48,697 nt of DNA. Origin: Christensenellales bacterium. Its GTDB lineage: Bacteria > Bacillota > Clostridia > Christensenellales > Aristaeellaceae. Numbering within the stretch: position 1 is the first letter of the stretch; each line of letters opens with the position of its first letter. The translations under genes and the position numbers were made by a program. The notes beneath the pieces are model-generated. The model saw only the letters and a list, made by a program, of their open reading frames with translations, was not told where the DNA came from and did no database searches. Of the stretch, positions 33,681-42,506 are shown one piece after another. The stretch covers positions 1 through 48,697 of the forward strand of contig JBGUIY010000068.1 in the NCBI GenBank assembly GCA_045113475.1, written 5' to 3'.

Positions 33681-34675
33681 TTCTTCTGCACCTCCTCTGC
33701 GCTGTCAATGGCGTGGAGCCAGCAAACGGATGTGTGTCCCTCGCCGATCTGGAAGGTCGGGGGCTGTTCGTTCAGGCAGACCCGCATGCACTTCTCGCAG
33801 CGCGGCGCGAAAGCGCAGCCCTTGGGCAGGGCCAGCAGGTCCACCGGGGTGCCCTCGATGGGCTCCAGGGGCTTGGAGCCGTCGCTGTCCAGCCGGGGCA
33901 GGCAGCGCAGCAGGCCCTGGGTATAGGGGTGGGAAGGACGGTAGAAAATATCGTCGATGCTGCCGCGCTCCACGATGCGGCCGGCGTACATGACGATGAC
34001 CTCGTCGCAGATGTCGGATACGATACCCAGGTCATGCGTGATCAGGATGATGGCCGCGTTGATCTTGGTGCGGAGCTCCTTCATGAGCTCCAGAATCTGG
34101 GCCTGAATGGTCACGTCCAGGGCGGTGGTGGGTTCGTCGGCGATCAGCAGCTTGGGGTCGCACAGCAGCGTCATGGCGATCATCGCGCGCTGGCGCATGC
34201 CGCCGGAGAACTCGTGCGGGTACTGCTTCATGCGCTGCTCGGGGTTGTTGATGCCCACCAGCTTGAGCATTTCGACGCTGCGGGCCCAGGCCTGCGCCCG
34301 GGTCATGGTGGTATGGCGGCGCAGGGTCTCCACCAGCTGTTCGCCGATGGTGAACACCGGGTTCAGGCTGGTCATGGGATCCTGGAAGATCATGCCGATC
34401 TCTTTGCCGCGAACGGCCTGGATCTCCTGCTCGTTCATGGCCAGGATGTCGCGGCCGTTGAAGGTGATGCTGCCCCCGACGACGCGGCCGGGGTAGGCCA
34501 GCAGCTGCATCAGGGCGCTGACGGAAACGCTCTTGCCGCTTCCGGATTCGCCCACGATGCCCAGCACCCGGCCCTCGTCCAAGTCATAGGTGACGCCGTT
34601 GACGGCCTTGACTTCACCCGCGGGGGTGAAGAAAGAGACCTTCAGGTCATTTATTTCAAGAAGATGTTCGCTCAC
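33677..34675 (-). CDS. oligopeptide/dipeptide ABC transporter ATPase (OppD-like)
   Basis: GTG start, with AAGGGGGA upstream. [32 protein letters not shown]. Confidence 0.85.
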   Translation of the reverse strand: MSEHLLEINDLKVSFFTPAGEVKAVNGVTYDLDEGRVLGIVGESGSGKSVSVSALMQLLAYPGRVVGGSITFNGRDILAMNEQEIQAVRGKEIGMIFQDPMTSLNPVFTIGEQLVETLRRHTTMTRAQAWARSVEMLKLVGINNPEQRMKQYPHEFSGGMRQRAMIAMTLLCDPKLLIADEPTTALDVTIQAQILELMKELRTKINAAIILITHDLGIVSDICDEVIVMYAGRIVERGSIDDIFYRPSHPYTQGLLRCLPRLDSDGSKPLEPIEGTPVDLLALPKGCAFAPRCEKCMRVCLNEQPPTFQIGEGHTSVCWLHAIDSAEEVQKN

Positions 34676-34690
34676 TGATGTATGTCCCCC

Positions 34691-35737
34691 TTAGTTCCGC
34701 ATCTTGGGATCCAGCGCGTCGCGCAGGCCGTCGCCCAGCTGGTTCATCGCTAGGATGATCAGGGCGAGCACAGCCGCGGGGATGAACAGGCGGTAGGGCG
34801 CTGTCTGGAAGCCGTTGAGCGCGTCGTTGACCAGCGAGCCCAGGGAGGCCATCGGGGCGCTGACGCCCAGACCGATAAAGCTCAGGAAGGATTCCGTGAA
34901 AATAGAGGAAGGGATCTGGAAGGTCGTGGTGACCACCACGGTGCCGATGCAGTTGGGCACCAGGTGCTTGCGGATGATCCAGCCGCCGCTGCCGCCCAGG
35001 GCGCGGGAGGCCGTCACGTATTCGGAGTTCTTCAGTGCCAGGATCTCGCCGCGCACCATACGGGCCATGCTGACCCAGTACAGCAGCGCGAAGGTGACGA
35101 AGATGCAGATGAGGCCCGTGCCCACCGTGCGCAGCGCGTCCAGATGGCCGGCGTCAAAGAGCCTCTGGAGCGGCTCCTTGAGGACGATGTTCAGCAGGAT
35201 GATGATCAGCACCGTGGGGATCGAGTAGATGATCTCGCAGATGCGCATCATCACGATGTCGGTCACGCCGCCGGCGAAGCCGGAGATCGCGCCGTAGAGC
35301 ACGCCGATGATGACGATGAACAGGGTGGAGACGACGCCGATGACCAGCGAGATCCGGGTGCCGATCATGACGCGCACGCAGAGGTCGCGGCCCAGGTTGT
35401 CCGTGCCGAAGGGATGGAAATATTCGCTGTTGACGACCGGCGCCAGGCGCTCATGGCCGCGGATCTGCTGGTCATAGGAATAGGGCATCAGCAGCGGGCC
35501 GACGAAGGCGAAGAGCACGATCAGCAGGATGATCGCCAGGCTGACCATGGCGACTTTGTTGGCCCTGAAGCGCCGCATGGCGTCCTGCCAGTAGGTGATC
35601 GATTCCCGCATCATGATCAGCTGTTCCCGCTCCTCTTTGGTGGCGGGGATCATCATTTCGGGGGTCAGCTTGACGCGGAACGGGTCGAGTACCGGCTTCG
35701 GGGGCAGTTTCATATTGTTGTTCTGCTTGTTATCCAT
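34691..35737 (-). CDS. peptide ABC transporter permease (OppC-like)
   Basis: ATG 35737 lies 9 nt after GAGGGGG; the alternative GTG 35746 has no spacer. Multi-pass, with EAA-like loop SEYVTASRALGGSG. Confidence 0.8.
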   Translation of the reverse strand: MDNKQNNNMKLPPKPVLDPFRVKLTPEMMIPATKEEREQLIMMRESITYWQDAMRRFRANKVAMVSLAIILLIVLFAFVGPLLMPYSYDQQIRGHERLAPVVNSEYFHPFGTDNLGRDLCVRVMIGTRISLVIGVVSTLFIVIIGVLYGAISGFAGGVTDIVMMRICEIIYSIPTVLIIILLNIVLKEPLQRLFDAGHLDALRTVGTGLICIFVTFALLYWVSMARMVRGEILALKNSEYVTASRALGGSGGWIIRKHLVPNCIGTVVVTTTFQIPSSIFTESFLSFIGLGVSAPMASLGSLVNDALNGFQTAPYRLFIPAAVLALIILAMNQLGDGLRDALDPKMRN

Positions 35738-35752
35738 TGATGCCACCCCCTC

Positions 35753-36667
35753 TTATTCGTATTTGATGCGCCGGTCGATGACGCCGTACAGCAGGTCGAC
35801 GACGAGGTTCATAAGCACCAGCAGCGCCGAGTAGAAGAGCGTGACGCCCATGATCAGCGGGTAGTCACGGTTGTTGATGGATTCCACGAAGAACTTGCCC
35901 ATGCCCGGGATGGTGAAGATCTTCTCGATAACGAAGCCGCCGGTCAGGATGCCCGCGGTCAGGGGTCCCAGGTAGGTGACGATGGGCAGGATGGCGTTGC
36001 GCAGGGCGTGCTTGAACAGCACGGCGTTCTTGCGCAGGCCCTTGGCGCGCGCTGTCTTGATGTAGTCCTGCCGGAGCACGTCCAGCATGCTGGAGCGCAT
36101 CAGACGCGCGATATAGCACATGGGGTTGAAGGAAAGGGCGAGGGCGGGCATGATATAGTGCTTCCACGTCTTCAGGCCCAGCGTGGGCAGCCAGCCCAGC
36201 TTGACGCCGAAGAAGAACAGCAGCACTGTCGCCATCACGAAGTTCGGCACCGCGATGCCCAGGTTAGCAACGAACATCACGGTCCGGTCAAGTATCTGAT
36301 TGTGCCTGAAAGCGGCGACAATGCCCACCGGGATACCGATGACCACGGCCAGCAGGATGGCGACCACGCCGACGCCGGCGGAAACGGGGAATTTCTCAGC
36401 CAGGATCTGATTCACCGTAAAGCCGATGCGCTTGTAGCTGTCGCCCAGATCCAGGCGAACCAGGCGCTGGAGATACATCCAGTACTGTTCGAGGATGGGT
36501 TTATCCAGGCCGTATTTGCTTTCCATCATTGCTACGGTCTTGGCGCTGGCACGCTCTGTATTGAAAGGACCGCCCGGGATCACGTTCATCAGGAAGAACG
36601 TAATGGTCGCGATCACGAACAGTGTCAGCAAGGATGAAAGTATACGCCGAATTACGAATTTTGCCAA
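35753..36667 (-). CDS. peptide ABC transporter permease (OppB-like)
   Basis: TTG 36667 lies 5 nt after AGGTGA and gives MAKFVIRRIL.... The alternative GTG 36676 lacks an RBS. EAA-like loop DYIKTARAKGL. Confidence 0.8.
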   Translation of the reverse strand: MAKFVIRRILSSLLTLFVIATITFFLMNVIPGGPFNTERASAKTVAMMESKYGLDKPILEQYWMYLQRLVRLDLGDSYKRIGFTVNQILAEKFPVSAGVGVVAILLAVVIGIPVGIVAAFRHNQILDRTVMFVANLGIAVPNFVMATVLLFFFGVKLGWLPTLGLKTWKHYIMPALALSFNPMCYIARLMRSSMLDVLRQDYIKTARAKGLRKNAVLFKHALRNAILPIVTYLGPLTAGILTGGFVIEKIFTIPGMGKFFVESINNRDYPLIMGVTLFYSALLVLMNLVVDLLYGVIDRRIKYE

Positions 36668-36700
36668 AAAAATCACCTACTATTCATGATACAAACATTT

Positions 36701-36728
36701 ATTATACTTATTTTGGCTCTCGCGTCAA
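36701..36728 (-). promoter_or_regulatory. sigma-70-like promoter of the peptide ABC operon
   Basis: On the minus strand: TTGACG (36728-36723), 16-nt spacer, TATAAT (36706-36701). Confidence 0.45.
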
Positions 36729-36826
36729 GCATTTTGTCATTTAAAGCGAAAAAAGATACAAAATATGTACAAATATGCAGGATTTGATCCGGATTATGCA
36801 AAACGGGCGAAATCCGGCGCCGAGAA

Positions 36827-37360
36827 TCATTTCTTCTGCGTCTTCTCTTCCGCTTCCATCCGGTCGAGGACGCGGCGAACGTCGTCCATCGTCACCCCGG
36901 GGGGCAGCGCCGTTTCCGGCTCTGCCGGGACAGTCTTCCGCTCCGGCGGGGCGTTCCGCTTGCGGATCGCTGCAAACAGGAGCAGCCCGTCGATCAGGCA
37001 GCACAGGACGCCGAAGACCAGGCAGGCCGTCTGCTCGACATAGCGGCTGATCTCAAGGGACGGCCGCAGCCAGAAAAGGCACCATATGAGGCTGAAGAAC
37101 AGCGCCGCGGCGGGCAGGCCCAGGCCCGGCCGGCTTCTGTGGTCCGAAGAGGCGCTGCCGGAGGCGCGCACGAGGAGGATCAGGGACAGCGCCAGCGCCG
37201 GCAGCCCGAAGGGGCCGATGCTGCCGAACAGCGGCCCCACGGCGCCGAAATCCTTCCGGCAGGCATTTATAAAGGAAAGGACGTACATCGTCATCATACG
37301 GTCCGAGTAGCGGGAAAGCACATCCGGCAGCCGCTCGAGCATGTTCAAAGTGTACCTCAT
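36827..37360 (-). CDS. hypothetical membrane protein
   Basis: 177 aa. GGAGG 5 nt upstream. Several hydrophobic helices and a charged C-terminal tail. No family recognised. Confidence 0.55.
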   Translation of the reverse strand: MRYTLNMLERLPDVLSRYSDRMMTMYVLSFINACRKDFGAVGPLFGSIGPFGLPALALSLILLVRASGSASSDHRSRPGLGLPAAALFFSLIWCLFWLRPSLEISRYVEQTACLVFGVLCCLIDGLLLFAAIRKRNAPPERKTVPAEPETALPPGVTMDDVRRVLDRMEAEEKTQKK

Positions 37361-37466
37361 GGGATCCTCCCGTTTGCTTTTTATCGCTGTTCACACAGCA
37401 TTATAGCAGAAAACACGGGCCTTGAAAAGCGCGGGTTTTTCCGGTGCCGCACACGAAACATTTTCC

Positions 37467-37495
37467 TTGCCAAATCGCCGCTTCTTCTGTATAAT
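37467..37495 (+). promoter_or_regulatory. sigma-70 promoter of the proS leader
   Basis: TTGCCA (37467-37472), 17-nt spacer, TATAAT (37490-37495). Confidence 0.55.
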
Positions 37496-37499
37496 AGCG

Positions 37500-37709
37500 C
37501 CTGAACGGGGAGCACGGTCCGCATGGACGGCACAGAGAGCGCGCCGCGGCTGAAAGCGCGCATGAGCGGACGGTACCCGCCCCGGGATCATTCCGTAAAA
37601 AGCGGACGGCTCGTCCCCGTTACCGGGCGGGAAAGCGGGCGCATATGCATGTGCCAAGCAAGGTGGTACCGCGAAGCAAGCTTCGTCCCTGCGTGAGGGA
37701 CGTTTTTTT
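37500..37709 (+). promoter_or_regulatory. T-box leader (tRNA-Pro-responsive transcription attenuator)
   Basis: AGAGAG bulge motif (37534-37539). GCTGAAAG distal-loop-like motif (37549-37556). T-box consensus AAGGTGGTACCGCG (37660-37673). Terminator CGTCCCT-GCGTG-AGGGACG plus T7 (37684-37709). CCC followed by a purine at 37576-37579 in the expected specifier region. Confidence 0.8.
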
Positions 37710-37754
37710 GTGTCAAGCGCGGGCTTTCAATTTTATGTAAGAGGAGATACAGTC

Positions 37755-39194
37755 ATGGCGGACAAGAAGCAGGAATTCGTAACTCACATCACCCCCCGGG
37801 ACAAGGACTTTTCACAGTGGTACACGGACGTGGTCACCATGGCTGACCTGATGGACTACACGCCGGTGCGCGGCTGCATGGCCATGAAGCCTTACGGCAA
37901 CCGCATCTGGGAGCTGATCCGCGAGGGCCTGGACCGGCGTTTCCAGGAGACCGGGCACGAGAACGTATCCATGCCCATGCTGATCCCGGAAAGCCTGCTG
38001 CTCAAGGAAGCGGAGCACGTGGAAGGCTTTGCCCCCGAAGTGGCCTGGGTGACCCAGGGCGGTACGGAGAAGCTGCAGGAGCGGCTGGCCGTGCGCCCCA
38101 CCAGTGAGACCATTTTCTGCACCATGTTCGCCAAGTGGGTGGAGAGCTGGCGCGACCTGCCCCTGAAATACAACCAGTGGTGCTCCGTCATGCGCTGGGA
38201 AAAGACCACCCGCCCCTTCCTGCGCACGGCTGAGTTCTGGTGGCAGGAAGGCCATACCGTGCACGCCACCGCCGAGGAATCCCAGGAAGAAACCATGACC
38301 ATGCTGAACGTGTACCGCGATTTCGCGGAGCAGGAGCTGGCCATGCCCGTGTTCTGCGGCCAGAAGTCCGAGAAGGAGAAGTTCGCCGGCGCCCGCGCCA
38401 CCTACTCCATCGAAGCCATGATGCAGGACGGCAAGGCCCTGCAGGCCGGCACCTCCCACAACTTCGGCACCAACTTCACCGTGCCCTTCGACGTCAAGTA
38501 CCTGAGCAAGGACGGCAAGCTGGAATACTGCCACGAGACCAGCTGGGGCGTATCCACCCGCCTGATCGGCGCCATCATCATGACCCACGGCGACGAGCGC
38601 GGCCTGAAGCTGCCCCCCGCCATCGCGCCTTACCAGGTGGTGCTGGTGCCTGTCGCCGCGCACAAGGGCGGCGTGCTGGAAAAGTGCGCCGAGGTCGCCG
38701 CTGAACTGCGGAAGGCCGGCCTGCGCGTGAAGCTGGACGACCGCGACAACGTGTCCCCGGGCTTCAAGTTCAACGAGTGGGAGCTCAAGGGCGTGCCCGT
38801 CCGCGTGGAGATCGGCCCCCGCGACATCGAGAAGGGCGCGGCCATGGTCTGCCGCCGCGACAACTTTGAAAAGGCATCGCTGCCCCTGGAGGGCCTCGCC
38901 GAAGCGCTGAAGGCCATGATGGACGACATCACCGCCAACATGTTCAGGATCGCGGACGAGTTCCGCAAGGCCCACACCAGGGACGTGTTCAATATGGACG
39001 AGCTGGGCGAACAGGTCAACGGCGGCTATGCCCGGGCCATGTGGTGCGGCGACCAGGCCTGCGAGGACGAGATCAAGAACCGTTTCTCCGCCACCTCCCG
39101 CAACATGCCCTTCGACCAGACTCCCATCGGCGACACCTGCGTCTGCTGCGGGAAGAAGGCCAATAAGGTCATGTACTTCGCGAAGGCGTATTAA
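37755..39194 (+). CDS. proS: proline--tRNA ligase (archaeal/eukaryote-like class II type with C-terminal zinc-binding domain)
   Basis: Start at ATG 37755, with AGAGGAG upstream. Motifs FSQWYTDVV, RPTSET and AGTSHNFG. C-terminal CVCCGKKA...YFAKAY typical of this ProRS type. Confidence 0.9.
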   Translation: MADKKQEFVTHITPRDKDFSQWYTDVVTMADLMDYTPVRGCMAMKPYGNRIWELIREGLDRRFQETGHENVSMPMLIPESLLLKEAEHVEGFAPEVAWVTQGGTEKLQERLAVRPTSETIFCTMFAKWVESWRDLPLKYNQWCSVMRWEKTTRPFLRTAEFWWQEGHTVHATAEESQEETMTMLNVYRDFAEQELAMPVFCGQKSEKEKFAGARATYSIEAMMQDGKALQAGTSHNFGTNFTVPFDVKYLSKDGKLEYCHETSWGVSTRLIGAIIMTHGDERGLKLPPAIAPYQVVLVPVAAHKGGVLEKCAEVAAELRKAGLRVKLDDRDNVSPGFKFNEWELKGVPVRVEIGPRDIEKGAAMVCRRDNFEKASLPLEGLAEALKAMMDDITANMFRIADEFRKAHTRDVFNMDELGEQVNGGYARAMWCGDQACEDEIKNRFSATSRNMPFDQTPIGDTCVCCGKKANKVMYFAKAY

Positions 39195-39201
39195 TCAACT
39201 G

Positions 39202-39239
39202 GTAGCCGGTTCTCTGTTGTTGTGCCGAGAACCGGCTAC
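39202..39239 (+). terminator. proS terminator hairpin
   Basis: Perfect 13-bp stem GTAGCCGGTTCTC (39202-39214) pairs with GAGAACCGGCTAC (39227-39239). The T-tract is weak (TGACTTTGT). Last GC-rich sequence before the low-GC island. Confidence 0.65.
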
Positions 39240-39303
39240 TGACTTTGTATAGATTGATTCTATTGGTGTGTTGACAATTTGATTTTCCTGGAGGTGATGA
39301 TGC

Positions 39304-42300
39304 ATGGTCATTAGCTGCAAGATGTGCGGTGGCGACTTAGTATTCAATCCAGGAGATACGTATGGCAATTGCTTACACTGTGGCCGGACATCGACTTTAC
39401 CAAAGATCGCTGACAACGACACAAGTCGGTTAAATCTTTATAGACTGGCAAACGCTTTTCTGATTTCGGGTGAATACGAAAAAGCAGAAAGTGCATATGA
39501 GGATATTCTTAAAATGGACCCTGATGAGGCAGAAGCTCATTGGGGCAGATTGCTGTGTAAATTTGGTGTTGAATATGTTGAAGACCCGTCAACACGACGC
39601 AGAATCCCAACATTGAATCGTATGTCAAAAATCTCGGTATTAGCCGACATAGATTTTGAAATTGCAAAAAAGAATGCCCGGGATTCGATCAGTAGGAGCA
39701 TTTATCAGCAAGACGCTGAAGAAATCGCTTCTATCCAAAGACAAATACTCAAATTAAAAACTGACGGAAAACCATTTGATGTATTTATATGCTACAAAGA
39801 TAAAGATGGCAGTGAACGTAGAACAGAAGATAGTGAGATAGCTGAAGAAATCTATAAAGTACTGACAAATAGGGGCTTACACGTCTTTTTTTCACGTGAG
39901 ACTCTAAAAAATGCCGCAGGTGTTCAGTTTGAGCCCATTATTTATGCTGCAATAAGCACTGCCAGAATAATGATCGTTGTTACAACTAACAAAGATTATG
40001 TTAGTAAAGAATCTGCCTGGGTATATAATGAATGGAATCGATATCTGAAAAGAATGAATGTTGGAACTCAGTTATTGATCCCGTGTTATAAAGGAATCCC
40101 CATTGAAGAATTACCCGAGGAATTGAAAGCTTTCCAATCTTACGATATTGGCAGTGTTACATTCCTAGAGCAGTTATTAGAACAGGTAAATAATTTTTTA
40201 AACATAAAGAATAAGGACACTCAAACGGATAATAAGCAAGTAAATCCGTCATCAATGAATATGGCAAATCGTGCCATGCTTGCATTAGAAGAATCTGATT
40301 TTAAAACCGCAGCGCAATTTGCTGAACAAGCATTAAACCTTGATGCATTCAATGGTTATGCTTACTTATGCAAGTTGTTAATTGAATATCAATTGCAAAA
40401 ACCAGAGCAACTTGCAAATTTGAAAACACCTCTTGATAAGTCAATAAACTATCAACGCGCTATCAGATATAGTGACGACTCTGTTAGAAAACCTCTCATT
40501 GAAATGAATGAAAGGATTGTTCTGCGCAACAAACAGATTATTGAAGAAAGAAACAGAAGAAAGAAAATACTTAATGATGCAGAAACTAAATTACTTTCAG
40601 CAGAAACGCTATCTGAGATAAATGATATAATGCGCCAACTCAAAAGCATTAGTGATTTTGAAGGCGTAAATGATGTCTTATCACAGTGCGAAAATAAGAA
40701 AGCACGTTATTATGAAAAACAGTATTCATTGGCCACTTCATTACAGCAAAGAAAGGATTATAGTGCAGCCCTTAAAACGTATAGTACTATTCTGGGTTAC
40801 AAAGATACAACGCAAAGAATAGAATTTTGCAAAAAGGAAATTCAAAGAATTAGCGAAGCGGAAAAAATCCTAAACGAAAGAAAAAGAGTAACAAAAGACC
40901 TAATTACAAGAGGTAATGAAGCATTAAAAAAGAAGGATTTTGAAACTTCAAGACTCTTTTTTGAACAAGTACTGACCAGTCAACCAAAGCATAATGATGG
41001 TTCCCTTGGCTTACTCTTTTCATTGCTAAGGGTTAGAAATTTTGATGAATTAGCTGGTTTATATGCTCCATTTGATAATGTAAAAGAGTATAATCAGCTA
41101 ATAAATAACTGTAATGATATTCAGCAAATGGCCATTGACCAATGTTTGAAAAAAATAAAACAACGCAATGAGAATGAAAAGAAACGAATTGTAGTAAACA
41201 ATGCAAAAAAGGCTTTAGAAAGCGCTACTACTATAGAAGAATGCCGAGAAATCCAAGAACAAATTGAACCACTTGCTGATTTCGAAGGCGTTAGGTCTGT
41301 TATTACTGACTGTGATATAAAGATCAACAGGATAAAGAGTGAAGAATACTTATCAGCATACAGATTAGAAGTACAGGAAGAATGGGATAAGGCCATTGAG
41401 ATCTATAAAAGACTTGAAGGTTATAATGATTCTGCAGAACGCATAGTTTTCTGTAAAATGCAAAAGGAGAAAAAGAAGGAAGAACTAGATCGTGAAAAAG
41501 AAGTACAAGAAGAAAAAGCTAGGCAGAGAGTCCTTGAACTAAAGAAAAAACAAAAGAAGCATCGTCTATTCATTATTTTTACAGCTATAGTGATTATATT
41601 GGTAATAATATATGTTGTATATGTTGTTCCTATGATGTATTATAGCAAAGGAATGGAATATGCAAAGAAAAAGGAATGGGATACTGCTATAGCTGAGTTT
41701 AAACTAGCAGGGAATTATAAGGATTCAGAAGTACAGATAAAGGAAATGAATTATTGTAAAGCAAAGGAATTACAAGATGTGGGTGACCATAGTACAGCAA
41801 TTGAGTTGTATAAATCATTAAGGGGCTATAAGCTTTCAGAACAATATATCAAACTAAGTCAAATGCAAATTGTTGGGAATACTATTAAGTATGGTCGGTA
41901 TGAGCAAGACAACGATTTAACAAATGGAAAAGAAGACATTGAATGGATAGTATTGAACGTACAAGAAGATGGCTTATGTGTTTTGACTACGCGTTACGCA
42001 TTAGATGCAAAACCATTTAGTTCAAAAAAAGAGAAAAATACAACATGGAATAATTCAACTGTAAGGGAATGGCTGAATAATGAGTTTTACAAAGATGCAT
42101 TTTCGGAAGAAACTGATATATTGTTAGCATCTACGGGTAAAGACAACGATCCTGGTAATGAAGGGCTAGAAATTAATGATGCAATTGAAGATGACAAAGT
42201 TTTTCTTCTTGGCTCCCAGGAAATCAACCATTTTTTTAAAACGAAAGATGAAAGAATATGTAGTGCTACCCCATATTTGGCTAATATGGATAAAGAATCT

Positions 42301-42504
42301 CAGCTATTCGTTGATACAGATAAAAATGTAGTTTGGCTTTTGCGTAGTATTAAGCAGGAAGATGGTACTGTATTAGGGGTATTTTGCGATGGTTCTCTTT
42401 GTAATGGAGCAGTTGATGCTATTGCAGCAATAAGACCTGCGATATGCATTAGTACTAGTAATGCAAGGTTATTACTACACGTAAAAGATATGTTGGAGGA
42501 GTAA
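39304..42504 (+). CDS. 1066-aa zinc-ribbon / TPR-like / TIR / single-TM / DUF6273-like protein (candidate transmembrane TIR sensor-effector)
   Basis: GGAGGTGA ~7 nt upstream of the ATG. Domains by residue: aa 5-26 CxxC-x14-CxxC; aa ~157-290 TIR (FDVFICYKDKD; SAWVYNEW with Glu243 at nt 40030-40032); aa 319-725 two ~205-aa helical repeats; aa 754-778 TM helix after KKKQKKHR; aa ~857-1050 DUF6273-like motifs (IEWIVLNV, STVREWLNNEFYKDAF, DKVFLLGSQE, VWLLRS, IRPAICIS). About 32% GC. Confidence 0.85.
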   Translation: MVISCKMCGGDLVFNPGDTYGNCLHCGRTSTLPKIADNDTSRLNLYRLANAFLISGEYEKAESAYEDILKMDPDEAEAHWGRLLCKFGVEYVEDPSTRRRIPTLNRMSKISVLADIDFEIAKKNARDSISRSIYQQDAEEIASIQRQILKLKTDGKPFDVFICYKDKDGSERRTEDSEIAEEIYKVLTNRGLHVFFSRETLKNAAGVQFEPIIYAAISTARIMIVVTTNKDYVSKESAWVYNEWNRYLKRMNVGTQLLIPCYKGIPIEELPEELKAFQSYDIGSVTFLEQLLEQVNNFLNIKNKDTQTDNKQVNPSSMNMANRAMLALEESDFKTAAQFAEQALNLDAFNGYAYLCKLLIEYQLQKPEQLANLKTPLDKSINYQRAIRYSDDSVRKPLIEMNERIVLRNKQIIEERNRRKKILNDAETKLLSAETLSEINDIMRQLKSISDFEGVNDVLSQCENKKARYYEKQYSLATSLQQRKDYSAALKTYSTILGYKDTTQRIEFCKKEIQRISEAEKILNERKRVTKDLITRGNEALKKKDFETSRLFFEQVLTSQPKHNDGSLGLLFSLLRVRNFDELAGLYAPFDNVKEYNQLINNCNDIQQMAIDQCLKKIKQRNENEKKRIVVNNAKKALESATTIEECREIQEQIEPLADFEGVRSVITDCDIKINRIKSEEYLSAYRLEVQEEWDKAIEIYKRLEGYNDSAERIVFCKMQKEKKKEELDREKEVQEEKARQRVLELKKKQKKHRLFIIFTAIVIILVIIYVVYVVPMMYYSKGMEYAKKKEWDTAIAEFKLAGNYKDSEVQIKEMNYCKAKELQDVGDHSTAIELYKSLRGYKLSEQYIKLSQMQIVGNTIKYGRYEQDNDLTNGKEDIEWIVLNVQEDGLCVLTTRYALDAKPFSSKKEKNTTWNNSTVREWLNNEFYKDAFSEETDILLASTGKDNDPGNEGLEINDAIEDDKVFLLGSQEINHFFKTKDERICSATPYLANMDKESQLFVDTDKNVVWLLRSIKQEDGTVLGVFCDGSLCNGAVDAIAAIRPAICISTSNARLLLHVKDMLEE

Positions 42505-42506
42505 AA

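Noticed and set aside
36789-36817. Hairpin CCGGATT...AATCCGG after the minus-strand gene 36827-37360, considered as a terminator.
   Set aside because: The stem is only 7 bp with a 15-nt loop, and no T-run follows on the minus strand. This is too weak to annotate.
39288-39293. TGGAGG present at both edges of the low-GC island (39288-39293 and 42493-42498), considered as a target-site duplication.
   Set aside because: Both are simply the Shine-Dalgarno sequences of the two genes. A 6-nt match to the most common motif in the genome is not evidence of duplication.
40452-41396. Minus-strand ORFs 40452-40649 (65 aa) and 41121-41396 (91 aa) inside the TIR gene, considered as antisense antitoxin- or immunity-like genes.
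   Set aside because: They have no RBS and a Ser/Leu/Phe/Ile-rich composition, as expected from reading AT-rich Lys/Glu-rich coding sequence backwards. ORFs of this length arise easily on the antisense strand.
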